A stretch of 64,000 nucleotides of DNA. Origin: Haliotis rubra. Taxonomy: Eukaryota. Positions 25,301 through 38,300 of this stretch are shown in pieces. Each line of letters begins with the position of its first letter. Position 1 is the first letter of the stretch. The stretch covers positions 2,170,001-2,234,000 of the forward strand of contig NW_025767202.1 of assembly GCF_003918875.1 (NCBI RefSeq), given 5' to 3'. The notes beneath the pieces were generated by a model that was given only the letters and a program-made list of their open reading frames with translations, did no database searches and was not told the origin of the DNA. Position numbers and translations under genes: made by a program.

Positions 25301-26590
25301 TCAGTCTGCTAGTTGAATCATATGACCACATCTGAATATCTAGACTGTTGTGAATTACTAAAGATCATATGCCGAACGGCATGTTATTGAATAAGTATAC
25401 ATATACATACTTGAAGCTTTACAGTACTGAGAACGTAGCAATATGTGAGCAACAGAATGAAACAACAATGTTTATGTGCGCTCAGTAGTTTTGCGTGTAC
25501 CATATTGTAACTTCACCCTAATATGTACATTGTTTAAACATTGGTTGATGAAAGGTAGCAAGGAACATTTGAGTTAAAGACATATAATAATCATTTAGAA
25601 ATACATTCACTGACATTCACTTTCATTGCAAACACACGCAATCAAATATACAACACGTGCGCAAGAATTGCTTTGCTTCCACGAGCCCGATCATATGTAA
25701 TTGTGATATACTGAACCTATATTATGTCTTAACGTTACTACATTATACTGTAAACTATTTTGATGTAAGATTGTTAGATTTGTTCTACATGGTCTGACAC
25801 AACTATGATACAGATATTCCTTGTTGTACTTATTCAATACTGCATAGTTTAAATGATGATATTGGCATAAACTAACAGTATGGAACGTAATAGAAAACAG
25901 AGAAAATATGAACATAATTTAAGATCAAATAACCAAAGAGAAGCATCGATTAGTGGCCAGTCTTTATTCGGAGCATTTCATGAGTGAAATACCCCGAATA
26001 ATGGCCGTTATATATACCACCGATGCTCTCAGAGTTCGTGATATGGTCGCGCGTTCAATGGTCACTTATTTAAACAATACTTACAAATGCTGCTAATCTA
26101 CACTGCTGACTATCTAAATCTTAAGATTACCTTGTAGCATTGAAAGACGTGAGAGTGCAGAAATGACCAAATTTATCTAACAGTTTTCTACATAGAGGAT
26201 GAATATCATGTTATCATGGTTTGTCCTAAGTTACTTGACATTTAGACGTCGCTACTTACAACTACCACTCTGGACGTATACAAGTCTCCAAATATGATGA
26301 AGTTTATAAGTCTTCTACAAACTAAAGTTGAAGTATTAACCTTCAACTTAGCCAAACTTAGCCAAATTGTTTATCATATATTTCAGGTAAAGCAAAACTA
26401 TAATCTGAATTTATCCATGAATGCTTATTTCCTTCCTAGTGCTTTTTTCTGCCACGAAAGGTCTTTGCAAGTGGGTTGGGTTGGGTGGGGAGGGGAGGCA
26501 AATGTGCTTTTGAAAGTATGTATGATGTATTTGTCATGTTGGCCGTTGGCCTATAAAAGATATAAACATGTGAATTCAAACAAGTACATA
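22378..26590 (+). mobile_element. 5'-truncated, frameshifted non-LTR retrotransposon ORF2 (RTE-X-like), split by a 1.4-kb insertion at 24766-26189
   Basis: WFDTDC, KAAGYDGI, NYRGITLLS, EEQFGFRK, GVRQGENLSP, LLFADD RT motifs; C-terminal RLSSHSLMIE..RLCPF..IEDEYHV resumes at 26190 (MVCPK..PNMMKFISLL). Clade call is tentative. Confidence 0.88.
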
Positions 26591-27149
26591 TCAGATTCTA
26601 TAAAAATTTATGAAGAAGCAATGGCCAATTTAAATCAGAGGTTGTTCTGATTTGATACCGTTGATTGTACCAGAATGGATTATTTCCCAGATTCCTGGGA
26701 ATACACCTCACCCTAATTCACCTAAACTGAGATGTCAACGTACATGTAAACACGTTTGTATGCATCTCAGGTGACTGTAATGGACTGTACACATGTCGGT
26801 CGGCAGATTTGTTTTAATTTGACAAACGCTTATACTACTCTTGCGAATGCTTCTCATCCAGAAACTCCCATGCTAGTGAGTATGGGGTTTGCAGAGACTT
26901 CATTGGTTGTAAACAGGCAGGATATGTAGTATTTCTGGATAGTTTGTCATCTGTTGCCACTGACGTGTTGGATATTCGGCTCAGCTGCCAACTCGCGAAG
27001 CATTTCGCTTGCAATACAATCTGATCACGTCATTCATCATGTGCAACCTGTACTGAGTATTACGATAGACAAAGAGAACCAGTCTGGGTCATACGTGATG
27101 CTCTTAGACGATATTTTCAAGCTGAACCACGACCGAATAAGAGGCGATG

Positions 27150-27290
27150 GAGTTCTGCTGGTGTTTTGGAAGGTTTGAATGCCCTCATGCTCACAATTGG
27201 TGAAGCAAATCGTTGGTGTCTTCTACTGTGATAGTGCTGGTGTGTTCAGAAAAGCGGCCTTACGCCGCGTTCCCTCCACAGATGACAGAT
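27150..27290 (+). pseudogene. Possible decayed 3CxxC zinc-finger exon
   Basis: FGRFECPHAHNW*S, then in a shifted frame ANRWC...C; resembles FG-x-F-x-C..W-x-S-x-N-S-W..C-x-x-C. Confidence 0.3.
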
Positions 27291-28751
27291 GATACGATCT
27301 TTACAACTATGTTAACGGTTTGCTGTCGTCATGAACGATCAATGTGATTTGATAGGACAAAATGTGGTTCTGATGGTTCATGGACTCAGCACCATTGCAC
27401 TTGATGCTGGTAGTGCTGGAATATTGATAAAAACAGCGTCAAACCATGCTCCCTCACTCACCCATTGACACACAAATGTCAGGTGAACACGACCCTATAC
27501 ATCTGTGTTATCATGGCCATCGCCCTGAGTAATGAACAATGCGTGTCGAGGTAACAGTTGGTTTCATTAGTACACTGTCTGTATCAGGCTTCTCAGTATA
27601 GGTCATATCAAATTTACCCAAACAATCTCAGATTACATAAAATATATACTTTTAGCAATTACATATATGCACAGTGGGACATCTGATCATTTCTAGGCCC
27701 AGCTGTCACCAGGCAGTATCATTTGATGAAAGTTAGGAAGGACAAATGAAAAAAAAAACTGTTCAGGAGACAGCTGCAATATAGTAGGAGTATATTGCAC
27801 AAAACTGTTTTCACAACTATCTGGAATCCACAGATGGTCTGTTTGTGTTCAGCGTGGTACGTTGCTGTGTAGACACATGGGTTCGAATTCAAGATCATTA
27901 TAATATATGTACTTTGTGTAGACACATGGGTTCGAGTACTCGTGCATTGTACCAGAATGATAAATGTATTCAGTTCTGAGATGCTGTGTGTGTTTGACAT
28001 TGGGTCTCCCTGCGATTACATCAGTCTGATACACCGTAACTTGTAAAAAGGAAACTTGACACTGATTTTCAAAGCTTAATAACAAAACCAGTAGATCTTA
28101 TACACGTAGCAAAGGAACATGACGTTATGGGAAGCGGATAACATTATAAGTTGTAAGCTTCTCTCGAGGGAAATACGGCCTGATGTACACCTCTTTGTAG
28201 CAGTGTCACCCGAGCCGGTAGGCATGTATAGACATGTCCTGAGCTGTATATTTGACAAACCTCTTGAACATGTACACGAGTGAATTGGGGTGAGTAAAAT
28301 GTGACTATAGGCTATAACCAGCACGAAGCCTAATGGAAGCCTGGAAGCTGCGATGCATAGAAGCAAGGATGTTCGATTGGCGACAAACCCGGCGGCCATG
28401 GAGAGCAGGGTAACGTGTGGACGCTATGGCGCTGTAGAACGTTACGTCGCAGGTCTTCTCGCGAATATTCCTGCCTCCATCTGCCAATTTCGAACTGTGG
28501 GGTAGGTAATTCTGCGTGGTCAAGTGGTTTGTGTCGCTGTGGTTGTGGCTGTTTGGGTTCGATTTCGAAGATGACTTACCCTGGTGTATCAGGTTTTGAG
28601 CGACATTTACACTTAGAGTAGTGCTGAACGGTGCCCATAAAGCGAGACGGTCTTCCTGGACACGCCAAAGTGTATGTCATTTTCCCATTTCATTATTGCG
28701 CTTGGCATGGTTGCCGTTATATGGTCCGTTTGAATTACCGCAGATGAAGTG

Positions 28752-28918
28752 AGTGAGTGGGTGAGTTTGATTTTTACACCGCTTTTAGCAATATTCCAGC
28801 AATATCACGGCGGGGACACCAGAAATGGGCTTCACACATTAAGCCCATGTGGGGAATCGAACCCGGGTCTTCGGCGTTACGAGCGAACGCTCTAACCACT
28901 TGGCTACCCCACCGCCCC
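28752..28918 (-). mobile_element. Full-length SINE family A with 16-bp TSD
   Basis: TSD taccgcagatgaagtg at 28736-28751 and 28919-28934; intact A and B boxes. Confidence 0.95.
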
Positions 28919-29467
28919 TACCGCAGATGAAGTGTTTTATTACCCACTATACACAGTTCGGCTTGCACAGTTACATAACATCATGAAGCACGTCTTTCTC
29001 TGAAGGGGCAATTTTGCATCTCAGTACTGACGTCGGCTACGGCTGCTTTTATGCGAATAGCACGTTTGTTTTCACGATATATTTCTTTCTGTAACAATAA
29101 TCTGATCGCATGGCCTTTATCTATGTTAAGATTCTCCACCACCTTGTAACCTTAACTTGGAAAGTGTGAAAGGTTTCATCAGCAGAGTGAATGCTTAATA
29201 TTACTTTCTGTTACAAAACATATCCATTGCTTTAAAAGTGTAATGTATCCGTGAACTGACTGTGTGTTTATATTTTATTGGGTTGTATTTTAAACATGCA
29301 GTAAGAAGGTAGCAATGAAGACATTACTGAATTACCCACATACTAGGAGAGACCTTTTTGCAAGTAGTATTTTAATGTATAGGCTGTGTACTCTGTGAAC
29401 TGAATAGAACTCAACTCAACACAAGGGAGAATTCCTGCCTTTATGCCTTCTCATGAGTGGCCTTTGA

Positions 29468-32358
29468 AGGTGTTCCGTTAGTTGACACAGATCCAGGTGT
29501 TCCGTTAGTTGATACAGGTCCAGGTGTTCCCTTAGTTGATACAGGTCCAGGTGTTCCGTTAGTTGATACAGATCCAGGTGTTCCAGTTAGTTGATACAGA
29601 TCCAGGTGTTCCGTTAGTTGACACAGATCCAGGTGTTTCGTTAGTTGATACAGATCCAGGTGTTCCGTTAGTTGATACAGATCCAGGTGTTTCGTTAGTT
29701 GATACAGATCCAGGTGTTTCGTTAGTTGATACAGATCCAGGTGTTTCGTTAGTTGATACAGATCCAGGTGTTCCGTTAGTTGATACAGATCCAGGTGTTC
29801 CGTTAGTTGATACAGATCCAGGTGTTCCGTTAGTTGATACAGGTCCAGGTGTTCCGTTAGTTGATACAGATCCAGGTGTTCCCTTTAGTTGATACAGGTC
29901 CAGGTGTTCCGTTAGTTGATACAGATCCAGGTGTTCCAGGTAGTTGATACAGATCCAGGTGTTCCTTTAGTTGATACAGATCCAGGTGTTCCTTTAGTTG
30001 ATACAGATCCAGGTGTTCCGTTAGTTGATACAGATCCAGGTGTTCCGTTAGTTGATACAGATCCAGGTGTTCCGTTAGTTGATACAGATCCAGGTGTTCC
30101 AGATAGTTGATACAGATCCAGGTGTTCCGTTAGTTGATACAGGTCCAGGTGTTTCGTTAGTTGATACAGATCAGGTGTTCCGTTAGTTGATACAGGTCCA
30201 GGTGTTCCCTTAGTTGATACAGGTCCAGGTGTTTCGTCAGCTGATACAGATCAAGGTGTTCCAGGTAGTTGATACAGGTCCAGGTGTTCCGTTAGTTGAT
30301 ACAGATTCAGGTGTTCCGTTAGTTGATACAGATCCAGGTGTTCCCTTAGTTTATACAGGTCCAGGTGTTCCGTAAGTTGATACAGATCCAGGTGTTCCAG
30401 GTAGTTGATACAGGTCCAGGTGTTCCTTTAGTTGATACAGATCCAGGTGTTTCGTTAGTTGATACAGATCCAGGTGTTCCGTTAGTTGATACAGATCCAG
30501 GTGTTCCGTTAGTTGATACAGATCCAGGTGTTTCGTTAGTTGATACAGATCCAGGTGTTCCGTTAGTTGATACAGATCCAGGTGTTCCAGGTAGTTGACA
30601 CAGATCCAGGTGTTCCACGTAGTTGATACAGGTCCAGGTGTTCCGTTAGTTGATACAGATCCAGGTGTTCCAGGTAGTTGATACAGGTCCAGGTGTTCCC
30701 TTAGTTGATACAGGTCCAGGTGTTCCAGGTAGTTGATACAGGTCCAGGTGTTCCGTTAGTTGATACAGATCCAGGTGTTCCGTTAGTTGATACAGATCCA
30801 GGTGTTCCCTTAGTTTATACAGGTCCAGGTGTTCCGTAAGTTGATACTGATCCAGGTGTTCCAGGTAGTTGATACAGGTCCAGGTGTTCCATTAGTTGAT
30901 ACAGATCCAGGTGTTTCGTTAGTTGATACAGATCAGGTGTTCCGTTAGTTGATACAGGTCCAGGTGTTCCGTTAGTTGATACAGGTCCAGGTGTTTCGTT
31001 AGTTGATACAGATCCAGGTGTTCCGTTAGTTGATACAGATCCAGGTGTTCCAGGTAGTTGACACAGATCAGGGTGTTCCACGTAGTTGATACAGGTCCAG
31101 GTGTTCCGTTAGTTGATACAGATCCAGGTGTTCCAGGTAGTTGATACAGGTCCAGGTGTTCCCTTAGTTGATACAGGTCCAGGTGTTCCAGGTAGTTGAT
31201 ACAGGTCCAGGTGTTCCGTTAGTTGATACAGATCCAGGTGTTCCCTTAGTTGATACAGGTCCAGGTGTTCCCTTTAGTTGATACAGATCCAGGTGTTCCA
31301 GGTAGTTGATACAGGTCCAGGTGTTCCGTTAGTTGACATAGATCCAGGTGTTTCGTTAGTTGACATAGATCCAGGTGTTTCGTTAGTTGACATAGATCCA
31401 GGTGTTTCGTTAGTAGATACAGATCCAGGTGTTCCGTTAGTTGATACAGGTCCAGGTGTTCCCTAAGTTGATACAGATCCAGATGTTCCGTTAGTTGATA
31501 CAGATCCAGGTGTTCCGTTAGTTGACATAGATCCAGGTGTTTCGTTAGTTGACATAGATCCAGGTGTTTCGTAAGTTGACATAGATCCAGGTGTTTCGTT
31601 AGTTGACATAGATCCAGGTGTTTCGTTAGTTGACATAGATCCAGGTGTTCCGTTAGTTGACATAGATCCAGGTGTTTCGTTAGTTGATACAGATCCAGAT
31701 GTTCCGTTAGTTGATACAGATCCAGGTGTTCCGTTAGTTGACATAGATCCAGATGTTCCGTTAGTTGATACAGGTCCAGGTGTTCCGTTAGTTGACATAG
31801 ATCCAGGTGTTCCCTTAGTTGATACAGATCCAGGTGTTCCGTTAGTTGATACAGATCCAGGTGTTCCGTTAGTTGATACAGATCCAGGTGTTCCGTTAGT
31901 TGATACAGATCCAGGTGTTCCGTTAGTTGATACAGATCCAGGTGTTCCTTTAGTTGATACAGATCCAGGTGTTCCGTTAGTAGATACAGATCCAGGTGTT
32001 CCAAGTTAGTTGATACAGGTCCAGGTGTTTCGTTAGTTGATATAGATCCAGGTGTTCCGTTAGTTGATACAGATCCAGGTGTTCCATTTAGTTGATACAG
32101 ATCCAGGTGTTCCGTTAGTTGATACAGATCCAGGTGTTCCGTTAGTTGATACAGATCCAGGTGTTCCGTTAGTTGATACAGATCCAGGTGTTCCGTTAGT
32201 TGATACAGATCCAGGTGTTCCGTCAGTTGATACAGATCCAGGTGTTCCGTCAGTTGATACAGATCCAGGTGTTCCGTTAGTTGATACAGATCCAGGTGTT
32301 CCGTCAGTTGATACAGATCCAGGTGTTTCGTTAGTTGATACAGATCCAGGTGTTCCAG
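29468..32358. repeat. 27-bp tandem minisatellite, ~105 copies
   Basis: Unit ccaggtgttccgttagttgatacagat; followed by a short (cagaacagt)n tract at 32370-32455. Confidence 0.97.
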
Positions 32359-33484
32359 TGTTCAGCGATCGAACAGTCAGAACAATTGGTCAGAACAGTC
32401 AGAACAGTTGTTCAGAACAGTCAGAACAGTTGGTCAGAACAGTCAGAACAGTTGGTGTTTCCGATGACTTTCTTGTCTATACTTGGCATGTAGACAGGCA
32501 AGGTCATGCTTGCGGCGCCACGAATCTTCATAGTAGGCATAGAGATACACCCTTGAAGCGACTGAGAGTGGGCGGAAGTGACGACAGAGTGAGCTCCTCG
32601 TATTGGCCTCTTATACCCCCGGGAGGGTAGGGATGATGGATGTCAAGCGTCGGATGGAGTAATTATTGTAATAACACAAACATACAAGGGAGGTCACTCT
32701 GTATCTTGGTCTACACGTAAACACGCCAAAGCCGTGTGGTGTCACCATTTAAAAACAGAATAGTTGATGTTTTATGAGCGCCTCATTAAATTGTTGTCGG
32801 TTGCATTCATCATAAATACAGTTACAATCGGGCCTGTAAGTCTCTGTTCGTCACCACTCGCCCTTTCCGTAACCTCCAAGAAGACCCCCTCGTCTCGATG
32901 CCAGTTATGTCCGAAAATACGACAAACCAGTCAAAACGCGCGTAATGATTGTGGTACTTTGATGAAAATACTCCCCAGTACTTAAATCGCTTATGGCATT
33001 GTGTCCTTGTATAAAAAATCACAAAAATATATATCGTCACATTGAAAGTACAAAGAACGTAGCTAACAGAACTATGTTGCCTCGTGTAGATTTTAGTAAG
33101 GATAATGCCATGGACGGTGAGAGAATCAAATACACGCACTTGCTTTTGTTGACATAACGGCACTCATGGGTCAAATTGAATTAGTATTTGGGACGATCTT
33201 GCGGATTTGTTTTGGAGATTGTACGTGCACTTCCAACATTGTTAGGAAATGTAATTATACATCTCTATGAGTCTCAAAACAATAATATCATAGTTGTAAC
33301 TAATCAACTTTACTCTTTAACATTGGGCTTATAGTTCACATCTCTGGAGATATTTCAGTCTGACTATTTTTGGTCATTGATATATTTTTTCAGCGACTTC
33401 ATTGAAAATTCCACTGTTTCCAGTTTCTGACTAATAATTCATCACTCTTAAGTTTGATTTACTCGCTCGTCTACTGGAACTAGC

Positions 33485-33709
33485 ACCCGTGAAGATCGGG
33501 TTAGAATTGATCTTCAGCAACCCATGCTTGTCATAAAAGGCGACTAACGGGATCGGGTGGTCAGGCTCGCTGACTCGGTTGACACATATATCCCCATATA
33601 TCACCATATCCCAATTATGTAGATCGAAGCTCATGCTGTTGATCACTGGATTGTCTGGTCCAGACTCGATCATTTACAGACCGCCGCCATATAGCTGGAA
33701 TATTGCTGA
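33485..33709 (+). mobile_element. SINE-like family B, near full length
   Basis: acccgtgaagatcgggttagaattgatcttcagcaaccc...ccatatagctggaatattgctga. Confidence 0.9.
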
Positions 33710-33846
33710 ATGGTCCGACAACAGGGGCTGTTCGGCTATGACTGGACGGCACTATGCTCTTGTGAATTCTTCTTCACAACACCAACAGTTGTGATTCCGC
33801 GGGTATTGCTTCTGACTTAACTACATGCCGTTGTGCATGGTGGCCT

Positions 33847-33969
33847 AGACCCCGTCTCACAAAGCTCTCGTAGCGCTACCACTATCGTAAGTCAATGTTA
33901 CAGTATAGGAAGAACGAATGCGAAAGTTACGAGATCTTAGGCTTACGAGAGCTTTGTGAAACAGGGCCC
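33847..33969. mobile_element. Short MITE with ~25-bp TIRs (PIF/Harbinger-like)
   Basis: ccccgtctcacaaagctctcgta vs tacgagagctttgtgaaacaggg. Confidence 0.7.
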
Positions 33970-34299
33970 AGGCTGACTGCATGCCACGGAACCCCAGCGC
34001 CTTGGACCATACAGCAAAACCTGATGCTGGTGCCAGTCACTGGTGTATCTGGTTCAAACATCGCAGGCCGGAGTTATACAGCTGCGTTGCTGGCTGAACA
34101 CAACTGACCCAGAGGTCAAACACTTGAACGCAGATGAACGTTTCTAGTATACAAATAACAACAACCCTTTTATTTACAACATAAATAGCGCATACAAACA
34201 CATAATCTTACGTATGTATGTATGTATGCGTGCGTGCGTGCGTGCATGATGCATCCCTCGAGGGGAACATAAACAAACATCGAAGGTACGTGAAGCAAT

Positions 34300-34620
34300 G
34301 TATTTATCTTATCGCACCTTAATGTTAATTTTGGAGTTTGAAGCAGATTTTTTGCAGCCATCGCTATTTTGCTGACAAGAAAAACGGATTTAGAGTTATC
34401 CCCTTCCATCAATTTGCATTCACAAAAAACATCGGTAATTTCCGTACATCAGCCGTGATGCAATAGATGAAAGAATTAATATCACGAAGTACCAAATGAG
34501 TTGCCATTGACAGCCGGGTACATTGAAATGTTACTCGCTTGTAAGCGGGGTACATTGAAAATAATAGTAGAGCGCTCAGCCAATCAGAAAGCGACATTTA
34601 TGTGTGAGGTAAGATAACAA
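34300..34620. mobile_element. Non-autonomous element, same family as 17903-18155
   Basis: ttatcttatcgcac / gtgaggtaagataa imperfect inverted ends plus shared internal sequence. Confidence 0.55.
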
Positions 34621-34853
34621 GCATTGTATATTGCACATGTTAAAGGTTAATTATTGCAGTTGGCATTAATTGGCTTAACGTTAACGTTGTCACGTCATTA
34701 ATAATAAGTTGCTTCACATTAACATGGGAATTCATCTTGTTAAATACAAATCACGAATAAAGATGAAAACATTATGATTGCACTGCATATTTTCATTTAG
34801 ATGTCTCATCTAGATGTCTTTGTTTCATAATAAGGTTTATCGTCAGGTGTACC

Positions 34854-35312
34854 TCAGGTACCTCCAGGTGTACTATTAGATATATCCCTATCGGGTGTTT
34901 GTCCAGGTGTACCATCCTCAGGTGTTTCTCCACGTGCACTAGACATGGACTTATATGTATCGGTTCCCCCTTCAGATGTGTCTCCAGCGGCATCAGATTT
35001 ACACGCATATGCAGCTGTACCCTCCTTAGGTGTGTTTACAGGTGTCCTAGTCTCCTCCACAGGTATATCTCGAGGTATGGTTGTCACTTCGTCAACAGGG
35101 ACTGCGGTCCCGTCAAAAGCTGCCTCCGCCGTGGTGCCGCTACGCTCGGACTGGGCGTGTATCCGGGGTAGCGTGGAGTAGGCCGGGGGAGGGTAGGAGG
35201 GGATGTCTACGTACGGGGGGAGGTCATTGAGGGTGAAAACTCCAGCAGGGTTATCATACGTTTCGCACCGCTCCTGGGCCTGTTGCCGTGAACGTCTTGC
35301 TAACCTACTCCT
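34854..35312 (-). CDS. CUB-LDLa receptor last exon (cytoplasmic tail)
   Basis: tttcag|RSRLARR..YDNPAG..LPPYVDIPSYPPPAYSTL..GGT*. Confidence 0.8.
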   Translation of the reverse strand, partial: RSRLARRSRQQAQERCETYDNPAGVFTLNDLPPYVDIPSYPPPAYSTLPRIHAQSERSGTTAEAAFDGTAVPVDEVTTIPRDIPVEETRTPVNTPKEGTAAYACKSDAAGDTSEGGTDTYKSMSSARGETPEDGTPGQTPDRDISNSTPGGT

Positions 35313-38300
35313 CTGAAATGACGAATGTAAACAACAATGACCACATGGAAGCGCAAGCACAGGGTTAACATCAACACATGACGGAGTGGGAACGGTTACA
35401 GCTAGAATGAAGAATCACTCACGCATTCATACACTCATGCGTGGACATACAAAACAAATACACATAGGCACACACACAACCACACACACACAAGGACGCA
35501 CGCACGCACACACACAGAGGCACACACTGTTACATACGTACATTGACACACACATGCACATACACACACATATTGTGTTTTGTGAGTGTGGGTGGGAATG
35601 TTATACATTGTTCTCCTGCAAATATCACCTTCTCCTGTACAGCTCCGTATGAAGGTGTACATGGCCTTAAGAAGGCGTAACCACTAGCCCAAGTGTTGGG
35701 TTCAACGCCTCTGTAACAGTATTTACGTAAAGTCCCAGTGTAATCCCGAAGGAAGGAACTTGCAAGTGAGGTAGGTCTGACATATTTAAACTTCATAAAT
35801 CCATGCGTATGGAGTTGACTAACCAAGAAATACATGATTCGAACACTCCAACACAGGATTCTGAAACTCGAAGGGACACAACTCAGGTGAGACATAGCGA
35901 CATACAACAATAGTTGCACGCTACACACAGATACAGGCCGTTAACCACCCAGTGCTAGGATATGAAGAGTCTAAAGTCTATACCCGTCTCCTGCGACGTT
36001 TCCGGGACGACTTGGCGCAGCAACAGCACATGGCGACGATGACAATTAGCAGAATCAGACATAGGATGATGGCAGCGGACATGTAGATAGTCGAGCTGTA
36101 GTTCACGTCCGAATTGTCGCAGTGGTCGCTGTTGTCCCCACAGTTGTTGTAGCTGTTGCAGTACATGCTGCTGTCGATACACCTGCCGTTGCTACATCTG
36201 AACTCGCCACTGTAACAACGTCCTGATCAACACAAAGGAAAGATATGATGATTCAGAATACATGTATTTTCAGTAAACATTCATTGGTTGTGATTGAGAG
36301 ATTTCCGATTGAAGGAATATTAGAACGGAGTAATGCTAGTTTGTATGTGTATCATTTAGTGATATTTTGGTAAAATGAAGAAATTTGAAAATTGATTTCC
36401 AGGATATTAACATGCAGATATACTTTCCTACACCGATGTAATGTTGGGATTTCTTTTATCACTTTCTGTTTAGGATTTTACGCATAATTGAGATGCAAAT
36501 TGTCTCTTTGGATTTATTAATTTTGTTTGTTTTGTCATTTTGAGTGAGTGAGGGGAGGGCGGCGGGCGGGCGCGTGAGGTGAGTGAGTGAGTGAGTGAGT
36601 GAGGGAGGGAGGGGAGGAGGGAGTGAGCGGTAGCGAGTCTACTAACCTGTATGGAGGGTGTTATGCGTCGGCGGGTGGGGAGGGCTGTGGTGTTTGTGGT
36701 GACCCTGGTTTACTATCCAGCCCCCCTACTATATAACGTGTAAAGGTTCATCACAGAAATATGGTGACATGATCGAAAACCGGACAATTACGCACACGTC
36801 AATGAATATATCGTATTTTAAAGGTCTCACAAGTATCAAAAGCTCTTGTCCATATCTCCGATGTGTGTAGGGGGCATATACATGCGCTTTCCGTGGGGAT
36901 GCATTTGATGGTTTTTATTAAATCGCCAAAGACTGAGTGTCTATACAAAACTAGGTCGTCAGCGCTTGACTTCACTACCTCCAGCGATCTGATTGGCTAA
37001 CACATTACACTGAATGAACGGATTATTATGTGTTTCTATAAAAAAGGAATTTCGTTTTTAAAATTATTCTTACCAAGATAAAACATCAGACCGTGACATC
37101 TTGGGTGAAAGACGTTCGAGTTCGTAAGGCCCTCGGTAATTTCCGTATACTTCGAGAAAACTAAACCTATTCCCCTGCGCGATGCGCAAACGTTTCTTCT
37201 AGACAGAACTCAGTCATGTTATGGTGGATCAGTGGCGTCTCCATCGCCCTCGTTGACAACGGACAAGCTAGCCGTTAAACGTCTTGTGTGTAACATCAAC
37301 ACAAGTCCCCGCCAGATGGGGGATATTTGTGGCCTCACATTTGCTTGTGTTAGTCAAGTTGAATCTAAGTCGATGTAACACGTGTTCTGATTGGATAGAA
37401 AGAAGGGAGATAATTCGTGTTGCGATCTTTTGCCGCTAGGTGATTTTACGAGAACCCGGAAATATGGCCGTATTAGAACAGAGGTTACGTAGGAAGATAT
37501 GACAAGTAACCTCTGTGGAAGAAGAATGTGGATTACTATTTATCTAATTTTCAAAAGAGCCTGCTTGCGGTACGATTGAATCGCTACTCACCATGACTAT
37601 GCCTATCGTATGTGCATGTCAGCAATCTTCCATTGATATTGACTGGATAACCCTCCCTCCCACCCGCACGCACACACGTACGCACGCGCGCACGCACTCA
37701 CTCACTTACCGACCCACCCACACACTCACTCACTCACTCGCGCCATAGTAAGTGCAGTTGAATTCCTGCAGAATTGTGTCTTCACTTACCTTGAAGGTGA
37801 TTGGAAACACGGGCAAAACAATATCAAAGTCAATTGTTTTATGTTTGACAGATGTACTCACGTGAAAAAAAGGTCTTTTTGTCCGTAATTTATAACCACA
37901 AAATCTTCACACTGTTCCATCATTTTATTTGTGTGAATCTGTAGATATATGAAACGTAGCATGATGCGATGTCCTGGCCTGGCTTGGAGAGTCAGGTCAC
38001 AGTCCATGTGCGGTTGGTAGTACAGTTTTTCCGTCAGTGTTAACACAAACGGTTCCTCCACGTCAAACCTCCTTCCACATCTCTCATCCATGGCAACTGA
38101 GGAAACATGTAGAGCACAATGTGTCAAAGGGAGAAACAACAACACACATCACAAGCAAATTACCATGTTACATGTTTGGTATTTTTTATGTTCTGATATG
38201 ATTATCCAGGTAAAGTTCCATTTGGATTAATTATTTTCAAGCGCCTGTCGTGCAGTGTGCCAAATAGTTTCCCAAATTTTGTTAGCCAGTCGAGCCAGCT

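Noticed and set aside
28580-28706. Minus-strand candidate exon ending in gtaagt
   Set aside because: No recognisable peptide or partner exons
29563-32630. VDTDPGVPL and EHLDLYQLT repeat ORFs
   Set aside because: Frequent frameshifts, no splice or domain context; by-products of the 27-bp unit
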